From IMG/VR virus record IMGVR_UViG_3300034190_001473, positions 1 through 53,109 of that record: a DNA stretch of 53,109 nt, one strand, 5' to 3'. The number at the start of each line of letters is the position of its first letter. Position 1 is the first letter of the stretch. The position numbers and the translations under genes are program-made. Below are positions 36,246 through 45,391 of the stretch, piece by piece. The stretch is from a virus (lineage: Duplodnaviria; Caudoviricetes). Below the pieces are notes generated by a model. The model was not told the DNA's origin, did not search any database, and saw only the letters and a list, made by a program, of their open reading frames with translations.

Positions 36246-37729
36246 ACCAGTATCATGTCCCCAAATCCCCTGCCGCGACGTGCAGTAGTACCCGCAATGG
36301 CGCGAGCAAAAGCACTCTGGTCTTGCCTACTTGATTTTTGGTAATTGTAGTCGCCTGTTTCCCTGTCGCGTACTTTGTCTTGATACGTCACGCCCTCTGG
36401 CAAGTAAGACATATTCATGGGAGCGACAGGGTTAGGCTGGGGTATCGTGGCCGAAAGGTTCGCGTTCTCGTTTTTCTTGAACTGGTCGTAGTATTCGTCA
36501 GGTAAAATCTCTGGCATTTGAGCTACAGGGTAGCTGCTGGCACTTAAGTTTGGCGGCTTTGGAGGGGGCGCGGTCTGCGATCCTAACGCAGCACCTATGC
36601 CTGCACCGTAGTTTGCAGCCTGATTGGTTGTGACTGCCTTGAAGCTGCCCTTCAGAGCGGCCCTCAAATCGTCAAGAGTTCCTTCGTAGTCTTCTCCTTT
36701 GTTTAAAAATTGGTCTTGGGCTGGCAAGGCTTTTCGCGTCTCTGTTTCTGCTGTAGTTTCAAACAGGTTGCCAGCGCCACGTCCGACGTAGGAACCAAGG
36801 CCAGCGCCTAGACCTGTGTAAAGCGCAGACTTAGTGTCTTGCCCTGACAATTTGCCAAGACCCGCCATGCCCACACCAGTCACCGCCGACTGCGCCCAAG
36901 GATTGTTGGCCACATAGTCTGCGCTTTTGGTTAGGAAATCGTACCAAGCAAACTTTTGTGCGCCTGTCTTTTCGTCGTAGTTGCCATTGGGGTCGCCCGA
37001 TATGTACTGACGTTCGTCGCCGCCTTCGGCACGAATGGCGCGAGCAATAGCCATGCGAACTTCTGGGTGTCGTTCGCCCACGACTTTAGGCAAAACCATT
37101 TCTCCCGGCTCTGTGTAGGCTATGCGTGTGTCGCCGCCGTCCATGCGGTGATAGTGGATAGCGTCTGCTTGGTCGACGACGGGGATCATTCCGTTGCCGT
37201 CTTCTGGCAAGCTGCCGTTCATTTGCGGCTCCCGCTTCGGGATTTTATTTGCCGCGCTGCGTTTCCCAGAGTTTCTTTTGCTGGCTTCGTTTTCTGTGTC
37301 TGCCAAAGACATGTCGTTAGTGTAATAGTTGTTGACCCGATAGGGTTCCATTCGCGCATCTGCACGGTAGCCTTCGGGCATAGTGGCAGCGGGATTTTGC
37401 CCTAAATATTTTAACGCCATGTTGTTATTGAAGCGACGCTTGTTCTCCATCAGCGTTGCCTCTGGCTCAAGAGGTGGCGGCAATGCCTGACCTACCGCTC
37501 GGCTTAACCCACGCATATCCATGTTTAATTGCGGCTGCGTCCGTTCAAAGTTGCCGCCGCTTGCGACTGCTGACTTTAGGTAATCAAGAGCTTGGTAACG
37601 CGCTGCGTCTCGGTCATACTGATCCATGTCTTCGATGTCGCCCTTCGGCGTCTGAAAGTACGGGTAGCTCTCTTGGTTTAGTCGGCGTAAAAAATTTGCG
37701 GCTGTTTCGCCTTCTCTTGGCCCTGCCAT
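36242..37729 (-). CDS. putative internal virion protein
   Basis: Start ATG 37729 after AAGGAG. DTRIAYTEPGEMVLP...TGAQKF motif followed by Gly-zipper segments. Confidence 0.65.
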   Translation of the reverse strand: MAGPREGETAANFLRRLNQESYPYFQTPKGDIEDMDQYDRDAARYQALDYLKSAVASGGNFERTQPQLNMDMRGLSRAVGQALPPPLEPEATLMENKRRFNNNMALKYLGQNPAATMPEGYRADARMEPYRVNNYYTNDMSLADTENEASKRNSGKRSAANKIPKREPQMNGSLPEDGNGMIPVVDQADAIHYHRMDGGDTRIAYTEPGEMVLPKVVGERHPEVRMAIARAIRAEGGDERQYISGDPNGNYDEKTGAQKFAWYDFLTKSADYVANNPWAQSAVTGVGMAGLGKLSGQDTKSALYTGLGAGLGSYVGRGAGNLFETTAETETRKALPAQDQFLNKGEDYEGTLDDLRAALKGSFKAVTTNQAANYGAGIGAALGSQTAPPPKPPNLSASSYPVAQMPEILPDEYYDQFKKNENANLSATIPQPNPVAPMNMSYLPEGVTYQDKVRDRETGDYNYQKSSRQDQSAFARAIAGTTARRGRGFGDMILV

Positions 37730-37740
37730 GCTCTTTCTCC

Positions 37741-39573
37741 TTATACGTTGACTGTCGCGGCTGCGATACACACCTCAAGGCTCTGCCCCGAAGAGTTGTT
37801 TGTTACGACCAACTCAATCCGTTTACTTGCCACAGTCCCGTTAATCTCAATGACCGTGGCGATGTTATCCGACTGCAAGCTAGACGTCGCAGCGTATGTA
37901 CTGCCGACAGCCACGCCGTCGACTGAGATTTGCAGCGTACAAGTTCCAGACGACAGCTTGTATGCTATGCCGTCGATACGAATTGTCTGTTTCCAAATGC
38001 GCGACAAATAGTAAGTCTTGTTGCCAATGTTCGCGCTGCTGTCTTCGTGTACCGAGAAGAATGGGATCGACACGGTTGAGAATGTTTCGGGTAACTGTGT
38101 AACTGGTAGGTTGCCCGAAGTGTCTAGTGTTGCGACGCCGTTGGCTGCGCCCATGTAAGTTTTTGGGACAACGGAACTGAAGTCGATGTCGCCATATTGT
38201 AGACCCGTACCTGTACCGTTCACGCGCACGTACTGGTTTGCGTTAGTTTGTACGAACGTAGGCAGTGAGCTTTCTGGCGATGTCTCAAGCCACTGCGTTC
38301 CCTCGTAGAATTTAAGGATAGCTGGTGTCAGGGACGTGTCGAGCCACAAGTCACCAGTCGCAGGGCTAGTCGGGGTCGAAGACTGCGATAAGATGTTGGC
38401 TTTGTTGAGCAGGGTGTTTGCCAGTGCGGAGACTTTGGCCTGCGGAATTTCGTCGTCTTGGACTGCGACTTTGGCGTAGTTGATGTAGCCTGCGGCGTTG
38501 GTGTATTCGTCTTCAAACATCATGCCAGCCACGGTCTTTAGTGATTGGTTCTCGACGGTCATAATCGTCACCTTGTCGCCAGTTGTTAGCTGGTTTGAGG
38601 TGTCGACGAAGGTGATAGTGTCAGACGTGGACGACGACAAGTAGTCTGCGCTACCGCCCGGTTGCTGCAAGATGCCGTTGCGCCAGACTAGGATTTTTTC
38701 GTCGTCAGTGTGGACGAACGAAACCAGTGTAGTCGAGCCAGAGATTTCGTTATCGACACGACGGAAGTTCGTGACCGACTGCGCTCGTATTGAGTACACG
38801 CTGACCTTGTCGCCAAGGGCTACGGCTGGGCTAGTAGTCGCAAGAGTTATCGTGTTGGCGGTGGTGTCGTAACTGTACTGCGCTGCCGTGTTAGCTGTCG
38901 TGGTATCGTGCAGAAGCAAGCCGTTGCGGTAGACCACAATGTTCTCGGTGGATGGGTCGAACGAATATCCAATAACGCTGTTGGCCGCACCGATTGTACC
39001 CGTTGCCGTTGCGCCCGAACCGCTGCCGCCAGTGATGGTGACGGTTGGGGCTGCTGTGTACCCAGAGCCAGCGTTCGTAATTGTGATTGCTGTTACCGCG
39101 TCTGCCGTCAGTGTGGCAGTGGCGGTTGCTGTTGTCCCTGTCGTCTCCTGTGGGTCAGATATTGTTACTGTCGGCACAGTCGCGTAGTTCGCACCGCCTG
39201 CCGTTACGGTAAGTGTGGCGATTGGGCCACCAATTAAAACGTCTGCGCGACCAAAGAAGAATGGGCCTTCTACGTTGCCGACTGATGCGCCTGCCGTGCC
39301 ACGAAACGTCGAGACGTCTGCGATAGTTACCCAGCCCGTTTCTGCGCCAGAGTATTGGCCAATGCGATACTGGATGCCTGCGGTGGCGTCGAGGCGCATT
39401 TGGATCGGGCCGTCAAACACGCCTTCCTCGTTAAAGATTGTCGCCATCAGCTCGGAGATAGTTTTGTCGCCCAGCTCCGCTGTATTGAGATAACGGATCA
39501 CGTTCTCAAAGTCAGTGTGGATGTTCCCACTGTTGACATAATTTTGTGGGTGCTGCTGTCTTAGTCGTGCCAT
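37741..39573 (-). CDS. tail / virion structural protein
   Basis: Thr/Ser-rich beta protein with [19 protein letters not shown]-type repeats and ANGVATLD motif. Confidence 0.7.
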   Translation of the reverse strand: MARLRQQHPQNYVNSGNIHTDFENVIRYLNTAELGDKTISELMATIFNEEGVFDGPIQMRLDATAGIQYRIGQYSGAETGWVTIADVSTFRGTAGASVGNVEGPFFFGRADVLIGGPIATLTVTAGGANYATVPTVTISDPQETTGTTATATATLTADAVTAITITNAGSGYTAAPTVTITGGSGSGATATGTIGAANSVIGYSFDPSTENIVVYRNGLLLHDTTTANTAAQYSYDTTANTITLATTSPAVALGDKVSVYSIRAQSVTNFRRVDNEISGSTTLVSFVHTDDEKILVWRNGILQQPGGSADYLSSSTSDTITFVDTSNQLTTGDKVTIMTVENQSLKTVAGMMFEDEYTNAAGYINYAKVAVQDDEIPQAKVSALANTLLNKANILSQSSTPTSPATGDLWLDTSLTPAILKFYEGTQWLETSPESSLPTFVQTNANQYVRVNGTGTGLQYGDIDFSSVVPKTYMGAANGVATLDTSGNLPVTQLPETFSTVSIPFFSVHEDSSANIGNKTYYLSRIWKQTIRIDGIAYKLSSGTCTLQISVDGVAVGSTYAATSSLQSDNIATVIEINGTVASKRIELVVTNNSSGQSLEVCIAAATVNV

Positions 39574-39576
39574 TGT

Positions 39577-41067
39577 CTAGCTCCTTACTGTGACTGCGAA
39601 GCCGATTATTTTCAGCAGCCCTTTGCCTTTTGTGGTGAAACGGAATTGAACGCCTCTATATCTATGCTCAAACTTGCGTTCGTATTGTCGGTTGAGCGGC
39701 ACGTCTGGGAATTTGTTCTCTGCGCCGTCGCCTTCGATGAGGAACTGCATAGCAGAGAGGTAGCGGCCACGTTCGTCGAACGCTTCAATCTGTAGCTCGC
39801 CCTTGCCTGTAGCTTGTAGGATAAAGCTGTAGCTTTCCTTGGTGTCGTTAATCGCGCCCTGCCAAAGGATTGGCGTGTCGACTACCATTTCTGGGCTGTG
39901 CGTCACTAAGTCTTCAACACTGCTACGGTTCCATATGCCGCCGGGGGTTCCCATTAGTGTTGTGCCGCCAAGCTGTCTGCCACAACAGGCGTTAAGAAAT
40001 TCGCCTGTACTCCACTTGCTTTCGCCACCCTTCATTGGGTTTAGCGATAGCGTTAGTCGCTTGGTAATTTGGTCAGAGAACGGAAAAAATACGTGGTACT
40101 GGCCTTCGTCTTGGTCGTAGAAAGCGCTTATCGTTTCCTTGTCAGCCACGTTACTAAGCATGTCGCGGTATGTCAGATCAATTTTGTTGCTCATTGGGAT
40201 AGTGTAAAGCGTCACACCATTTGTCTCTGAACGCCGCAATGAGTGTACGCCGTCGCGTGCGCAGAACATTAAGTCTGCGCCAGCCATCTTAATTGTGTTG
40301 TGGCTTATGCAGCCGACGTTGACGTTAGCTTTGTCGTTAATTGTCCACTGCGTATAGTCAGGATGGATTTCATACACTAACGTCTTGTCGTTGGTGAACA
40401 CGGCAAGGCGAGAGTTTTCAAAAACGCCAAGGCCTGTAATCTCATCAGCAGTGCCAATGATGTTGCCCACGTCTATGTCTGCGGCCTTTAGGACGGACGG
40501 TGAGTTAGGTTCTTCGTCGGCTGTAAAAATGTCTCCGTCGTCAACGCGACTAAAGTCGATGACTGTGCGCTTCCCCGGCATACCAGCAATCGCCAGTCTT
40601 CTTTGTATCGACACGATGAAGGCGGGACGTGGGTCGCTGTCTGCCGTGATGTCTGCCCACTTAAACCCGTTGTACTCGTACATCCCATAGTCGCGGCTGG
40701 CAAAAACAACTTGGTCGTTAAAGATTGTCGACGTGACAACCGCCGCCTTGGGGTAAACCTCTGGCTTAATATGGCCTCGCTCTGACTTTAACGTCGTGCC
40801 GCCGCCATCGACTTGCGCCCAGACAGCCAAGTCGCGGCCAAAGAAATTGACGTGCTTGATGTACTTGTTTGTTTCCGTGCGACTTACAGCACCGGGGTCG
40901 CGCACCATTGTACCGCGCCAATCGGCATAGCCGTCTTGGATGCGAAACATGTGCTGCTTCTTACCTGTGTCGAGAGCGCCAACGTCACGACTTGCGTCAA
41001 TGCCTTGGAAGTCTTCGTAGGGGTAGACCTTAACTTTTACCCCGCTGGGAGCGTATGTCGTGGACAA
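39577..41067 (-). CDS. tail tubular/nozzle (stabilisation) protein
   Basis: FQGIDAS N-terminus, VGCISHNTI, beta-rich; follows the adaptor gene as in podoviruses. Confidence 0.65.
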   Translation of the reverse strand: MSTTYAPSGVKVKVYPYEDFQGIDASRDVGALDTGKKQHMFRIQDGYADWRGTMVRDPGAVSRTETNKYIKHVNFFGRDLAVWAQVDGGGTTLKSERGHIKPEVYPKAAVVTSTIFNDQVVFASRDYGMYEYNGFKWADITADSDPRPAFIVSIQRRLAIAGMPGKRTVIDFSRVDDGDIFTADEEPNSPSVLKAADIDVGNIIGTADEITGLGVFENSRLAVFTNDKTLVYEIHPDYTQWTINDKANVNVGCISHNTIKMAGADLMFCARDGVHSLRRSETNGVTLYTIPMSNKIDLTYRDMLSNVADKETISAFYDQDEGQYHVFFPFSDQITKRLTLSLNPMKGGESKWSTGEFLNACCGRQLGGTTLMGTPGGIWNRSSVEDLVTHSPEMVVDTPILWQGAINDTKESYSFILQATGKGELQIEAFDERGRYLSAMQFLIEGDGAENKFPDVPLNRQYERKFEHRYRGVQFRFTTKGKGLLKIIGFAVTVRS

Positions 41068-41070
41068 TAG

Positions 41071-41703
41071 TTATCTCCCAGTGTTGTAAGATTGCGTGCC
41101 TGTCGGCCTTTGTGATACGTCCCACGGGCTGACTTCGATTGCGCCACTGCCATACTTGCGATGGTACAGAACACGGTTCATCATTTTGAAATACATAGGG
41201 CCATATGCTTCGATCTTGTTTGACTGTTGCTGGACCGCGTAGTGATACAGCAATCCCGAAACCATGATGTTGTCGGGGATCGGCATGACCTCGGAAGGGT
41301 GCGTGTAATAGTTTATTTCTGGGTTGTCCCAGTAAGGATGACCACGCAAGTCTTCTATGACGAGGTTCGCAAACTCTATGAACATCATCATTACTTCGCC
41401 GTCGACGGTTCCGGGGTGCATGTCGCCGTACCGTCTAAGGGACTGCATGACCAAGGCTTCTAGGTTGGAGTATGGCGAGTTGAGGTGAGGGTTGTTGCCA
41501 GAAAAACGGTTACGCTTCTCGCGTGCTTGGTCGCCTTCGCGCCAAGCTGTGTCAGCGGTCTTAATCAGGGTGGCGTCTATGTCACGACGCAAGTCTACCG
41601 CACCTACGACTGACTTGCCGTCCTCGTCAGTGTGACGAGGCTCGTCGTTCGCAGGCAGTGTGCCTGTGATAGTCGCGCTGTCGTAAGAGCGGTAGGTTGC
41701 CAT
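41071..41703 (-). CDS. head-tail adaptor / tail tubular protein A-like
   Basis: Position and helical C-terminal domain. Confidence 0.5.
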   Translation of the reverse strand: MATYRSYDSATITGTLPANDEPRHTDEDGKSVVGAVDLRRDIDATLIKTADTAWREGDQAREKRNRFSGNNPHLNSPYSNLEALVMQSLRRYGDMHPGTVDGEVMMMFIEFANLVIEDLRGHPYWDNPEINYYTHPSEVMPIPDNIMVSGLLYHYAVQQQSNKIEAYGPMYFKMMNRVLYHRKYGSGAIEVSPWDVSQRPTGTQSYNTGR

Positions 41704-41981
41704 TAGTCTTCCTCCACTCGAATAATGCGGCCCTGCACAATAAACTCGTGCATTACAAAACGCTCAACCAAGTGGTCGGGTACAGACCAAGTTAGGTATT
41801 CTTGCTCTTTGCAGAACCGTGGACGTATTTCCTCACCGACTACGGTAATCGGGAACGCTGTTATTTCTGGATTGCTTGAAACGAATAAAACCTTAGACGG
41901 CAGCGCACGTACTGGTGCGGCGGCGACTTTAGCCCTTTTAGATTTGGCCGTTACTTTAGCGGCTTGTATTTTATCAGACAT
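41703..41981 (-). CDS. hypothetical protein
   Basis: Start moved to ATG 41981 (GGAG RBS). Confidence 0.65.
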   Translation of the reverse strand: MSDKIQAAKVTAKSKRAKVAAAPVRALPSKVLFVSSNPEITAFPITVVGEEIRPRFCKEQEYLTWSVPDHLVERFVMHEFIVQGRIIRVEED

Positions 41982-41990
41982 GTTGTCTCC

Positions 41991-42024
41991 AAAAGAATGG
42001 GGCTGCAATTTCTCACAGCCCCAT
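41991..42024 (-). terminator. intrinsic terminator after the capsid gene
   Basis: ATGGGGCTG/CAGCCCCAT 9-bp stem followed by TCTTTT on the minus strand. Confidence 0.75.
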
Positions 42025-42053
42025 CCTACAAAGTTTTTAAGATTGGTTCGTCC
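42023..42053 (-). promoter_or_regulatory. putative late promoter GGACGA-N19-TAGGAT
   Basis: Motif copy just after the capsid stop; the -10 box overlaps the terminator stem. Confidence 0.65.
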
Positions 42054-42057
42054 TCAC

Positions 42058-43239
42058 TTAGGAGACGGCGCTCCAACCCTTAATGCGGTGATGCACTTTC
42101 GACTGAAGCATTTCTAAACCACATTCGGTTTGGTACATGTGCTTCACACCATCGAAGTCTGGCGCTTGGATGTCACGGATCAACTGAGTGTCACGACCCT
42201 GCATGTAGCGATACTTCAGCTCGCTCATGTCGAGAATAATCATCTCTTGATCCAGACCCGGTATCTGACGGAACATCGGGTGCATGTAGACCAGCAAGTC
42301 GCCAGCGTAGGTGGTGTACCGCGAAAGACTTACGCCGTAGGCGTTGTCGATCTGAGTTGGTTGCCAGCGGTTCTTGCCGATTTCCATAAGGTTGGAAATC
42401 ACGCGAGCACCACAGAACGCGACCTTCTCATTGCCGCCATATGCGAAGATGTTTTCGATCAACAAGCGATCAAATTCTTTCTCCGTGATGACGTTGGACG
42501 AAGCACCGTAGGACGCACCATCGGTTACAGTTGTGATGCTGTTACGCAACCCGCCTGTGAAACGAAGGGGCGATGCAGTAGAGCCGTTGACTTCAGCACG
42601 CTTCCCGAAGAACATGGCCCGTTCTATGTCGGACATGTGCATCTTTAGCGCTTTGGTAAGCTGCTCTTGCTCTTTGTCGCCAGTACGCAGATAGGTGTTC
42701 TGCAATGTACCTGTGACCTGTACGCTCGACTTAAAGATTTGCGTGTAGTTGAAATCCATAGTCGGGTCGAAAGAGATTGCAGTCGGGGCTGACCCGCCTT
42801 CAGTATCCGCAAACCCACCGATAATAATATCCGCATTATCAGCAATTTGGTGTGCAGTTCCACCGATGTTACGCTCAACCGCGATTGAGTGTGAAGAGTT
42901 CACTGCGGCAGTCGCACGCATAACTTCGCCAGTGGCGACGTTAATTAAGATGGTTCCCGGTACGACAAAGTTTTTGTCTACGTTGGAAGCATCAATAGTG
43001 AAGGCGGCAGTCGAAGTCGATGCAACCGCACCGTTGACTGTCAACTTGCGATCTGGAAGTTCATCGCGGTAGTGGTTGTACTTAGGGTCATCCGTGCTTT
43101 CGGAACCCGTCATCGACAACAATGCCTGTAGGGGTGCGCTGCCATTTGGCTCAAGAAGAGTAAAAAGCTCGCGATAGTTAGTGGGGCGAAAGTCAGTCGT
43201 AAACTGGCCAGTCCCGCGAAGTCCTTGAATAGCACTCAT
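42058..43239 (-). CDS. major capsid protein (SU10/DUF5309-like)
   Basis: NYTQIFKSSVQVTGT, DIERAMFFG, RFTGGL, TECGLE; downstream of the scaffold gene. Confidence 0.85.
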   Translation of the reverse strand: MSAIQGLRGTGQFTTDFRPTNYRELFTLLEPNGSAPLQALLSMTGSESTDDPKYNHYRDELPDRKLTVNGAVASTSTAAFTIDASNVDKNFVVPGTILINVATGEVMRATAAVNSSHSIAVERNIGGTAHQIADNADIIIGGFADTEGGSAPTAISFDPTMDFNYTQIFKSSVQVTGTLQNTYLRTGDKEQEQLTKALKMHMSDIERAMFFGKRAEVNGSTASPLRFTGGLRNSITTVTDGASYGASSNVITEKEFDRLLIENIFAYGGNEKVAFCGARVISNLMEIGKNRWQPTQIDNAYGVSLSRYTTYAGDLLVYMHPMFRQIPGLDQEMIILDMSELKYRYMQGRDTQLIRDIQAPDFDGVKHMYQTECGLEMLQSKVHHRIKGWSAVS

Positions 43240-43286
43240 AGCTATTGCTCCTGTGTTAAGAGGTGTGTGGGTTTGGGGCAGCTAAC

Positions 43287-43364
43287 AGTCTCGCGGCTTC
43301 AGCGACTAAGACTTGTCGTACCTATGTCTGTCAGACGTTCGGGCCGTAGCGCGAACCGTGTCTG
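43287..43364 (-). promoter_or_regulatory. structured capsid 5' leader (two hairpins)
   Basis: Hairpins at 43332-43364 (GC-UACG-GC apex) and 43287-43313 (GC-UGAA-GC apex). Confidence 0.55.
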
Positions 43365-43372
43365 TCTTGTGT

Positions 43373-43403
43373 ATTAAAGCAAAAAAAAGGGGGGCTGTCG
43401 TCC
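43373..43403 (-). promoter_or_regulatory. putative late promoter GGACGA-N19-TTTAAT for the capsid gene
   Basis: Motif copy embedded in the scaffold terminator. Confidence 0.65.
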
Positions 43404-43407
43404 CCCC
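43381..43407 (-). terminator. intrinsic terminator after the scaffold gene
   Basis: GGGGGG-ACGACAG-CCCCCC-T8 on the minus strand. Confidence 0.8.
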
Positions 43408-43417
43408 TCTAATTTTT

Positions 43418-44470
43418 TTATGCAAGGCCGCGCTTTTGCATGGCTTGTGCAGTTAAGGCGTCCATAAAGCCTTGGTCTGGACTTGCCGCAGTCGCAGCCG
43501 CACCGCCGCCAGACGGCATAGGATTGACCGAGCCAGTGAAGGCTTGACGGCGTTCGTTCATAGAACGAAGGCGTTCCATTTCGGGCGCGTCACGGTTCGC
43601 CGCAAAGTCTTGGCCAATTTTGTATGTCAGCTCTGGATCAATGAAGTCGTCCTCGTTGTACCCACGGCCATAAGCGAAGTTAAAGAAGTCGTCTTGCGCT
43701 TCGTCTGGTAGCTTGAGGGCTTGCTGCATTTGGTTCAAGTTGTTTGCAGCCTTCTGTCTGTACGCGCTGTCTCGCTGCGCTTCCGCAGACTGCAATGTCT
43801 TGCCAGCCTCTTTATTGACCCCGTTAGCTTCGGCCATCATGTTTTGCATCATGCCTTTCATCTGGCCGTTTTCTTCTTGGAGTTGCTGGATTAGCGACAT
43901 ACCTTGTCGATACATCGGGGGTAGCTCGACGCCGCTCTCACGCTCCCACGCAGCAATCTCATCGTCGACTTCCATCGCTGTACGATTGCCGTCTGGACGG
44001 TCTGGGGTCACGTCGCGCTGGTCGCCCAACGTCGGGTTCTTCGTGTAGGCTTCCATTGAGGCTCTAAGAAACTGAGCCATGTCGTCGCCAGATACATTGT
44101 GGCCAGCGTTTTGGGCGTTCCGCATGACCTCTTCAATCATACTGATTGCAGGCTGCATTGGCTTGTAACGTGTGGCGTTGTCGTGGTTAAGCGTCTTGTA
44201 TCGGCTGGACATGCCTGCGATCTGAGAGGCCGACATAGTTTTCTTCTGCCCGTCGCCCATGTCTATTTGAATGAAGGCTTCCTCTTGAGACTTATCACCC
44301 TCCGTTTGAGGGCCAGCGATCTCCTGTGCCTTCTCATTGTCAGTCGGAGCCGCGTCTTTCGATTGCGGTGGCCCTGCCGGTACGGGGGCAGGCTGTCCAT
44401 CGGGTGCTGGCGCTGGGCCTAACTGTTGCGCTGCCATTTGTGCAATCATTGCGTCGTCTTGTTCTGCCAT
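43418..44470 (-). CDS. capsid scaffolding protein
   Basis: Acidic, Pro-rich N-terminus and coiled coil; immediately upstream of the capsid gene. Confidence 0.7.
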   Translation of the reverse strand: MAEQDDAMIAQMAAQQLGPAPAPDGQPAPVPAGPPQSKDAAPTDNEKAQEIAGPQTEGDKSQEEAFIQIDMGDGQKKTMSASQIAGMSSRYKTLNHDNATRYKPMQPAISMIEEVMRNAQNAGHNVSGDDMAQFLRASMEAYTKNPTLGDQRDVTPDRPDGNRTAMEVDDEIAAWERESGVELPPMYRQGMSLIQQLQEENGQMKGMMQNMMAEANGVNKEAGKTLQSAEAQRDSAYRQKAANNLNQMQQALKLPDEAQDDFFNFAYGRGYNEDDFIDPELTYKIGQDFAANRDAPEMERLRSMNERRQAFTGSVNPMPSGGGAAATAASPDQGFMDALTAQAMQKRGLA

Positions 44471-44502
44471 TTTCTTTCCTTTCCAGCCGTAGCGGGATGT
44501 GT

Positions 44503-44784
44503 TTAGAGGGCCGTGGCGCTCTCTTTAAGCTCGCCCCTGTTGGCAGCGTCCATCAAGATATTGTTGTTCAAGACTTGGCTAACTACAGAAGGGAGGTCGA
44601 CGAACTTCCTCGCGGCCCACATGGAACCGCGACGAAAATGCACCTCTTCTATGGGCATGGCTGGGCCATCACACAGTTGATATGCTGCTTGAAGAATGGA
44701 GTTTTCCATTTCCTCTTGGATTACTTGCCAGCCCTTCGACTTGAGCATGGCGTCTATTGCGACTTGTTTTTGTTTTGGGGTCAT
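44503..44784 (-). CDS. hypothetical head-associated protein
   Basis: Start moved to ATG 44784 (ATGA overlap); SKGWQVI motif as in small genes preceding scaffolds. Confidence 0.65.
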   Translation of the reverse strand: MTPKQKQVAIDAMLKSKGWQVIQEEMENSILQAAYQLCDGPAMPIEEVHFRRGSMWAARKFVDLPSVVSQVLNNNILMDAANRGELKESATAL

Positions 44785-45044
44785 TTGCCTAGTGTTACAT
44801 ATGCGCCGACAGACAAGATGCCGAGGATAGCCAGTATGCACCATCGCACTATTGTCTTGAGAGCTGTTGATTTTACGTCGCGCCAGCCGTCTATGAGCTG
44901 GCGCAGTTCCCTTACGTCGTGAGGTGCGTCGTCGTCAGACAAGCCAATACGGGCCAGTGCTTCACGCGCACCTTGCTGGGCCGCTTGTTGCAGCATGGCT
45001 TCGATCTCTGGTTTAGACAATCTGTAAGTCGTGACCTCGGCCAT
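44781..45044 (-). CDS. small membrane protein
   Basis: GAREALARIGL...DVRELRQL plus C-terminal transmembrane helix. Confidence 0.7.
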   Translation of the reverse strand: MAEVTTYRLSKPEIEAMLQQAAQQGAREALARIGLSDDDAPHDVRELRQLIDGWRDVKSTALKTIVRWCILAILGILSVGAYVTLGK

Positions 45045-45055
45045 GCTGTTTCCTT

Positions 45056-45379
45056 TTAGGCGGCTTCGTATGTCGCCTTGTCAGTGGCGATTGCCGACGA
45101 ACTTGTGCCTTCGTCAACGCCGAGCGCGGCCTTGTTCGTCGCGTCGCCTTTGACCTTGGGAGACTGCTCTGCAATCTGCTGCAAGACATACTTGTTTGTC
45201 ACTACAGCCGCGCCGTTGACCGAGGCTTTAAACTCGCTCTCGTAGCTGTCGAGGACAGAATAATACATTTTGCCATCCCAGCTTAGTAGGCTGCGAACAT
45301 TACCCGCCGTCCAAGAGGGGTTGCCCCAGCCTGCTTCTGGGACGCTGTATATCTTTGATGCTGCGTTGTCGTATGACAT
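45056..45379 (-). CDS. hypothetical protein, possible fibre-associated chaperone
   Basis: 107 aa, GGAG RBS, directly after the fibre gene. Confidence 0.6.
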   Translation of the reverse strand: MSYDNAASKIYSVPEAGWGNPSWTAGNVRSLLSWDGKMYYSVLDSYESEFKASVNGAAVVTNKYVLQQIAEQSPKVKGDATNKAALGVDEGTSSSAIATDKATYEAA

Positions 45380-45391
45380 GGTTAGTTCTCC

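Noticed and set aside
43620-43660. Other GAGGACGA hits inside coding regions (e.g. ~43650, ~51633, ~52408)
   Set aside because: They encode Glu-Asp-Asp/Glu. The two I checked (~43650, ~52408) have no -10-like hexamer at 18-20 nt.
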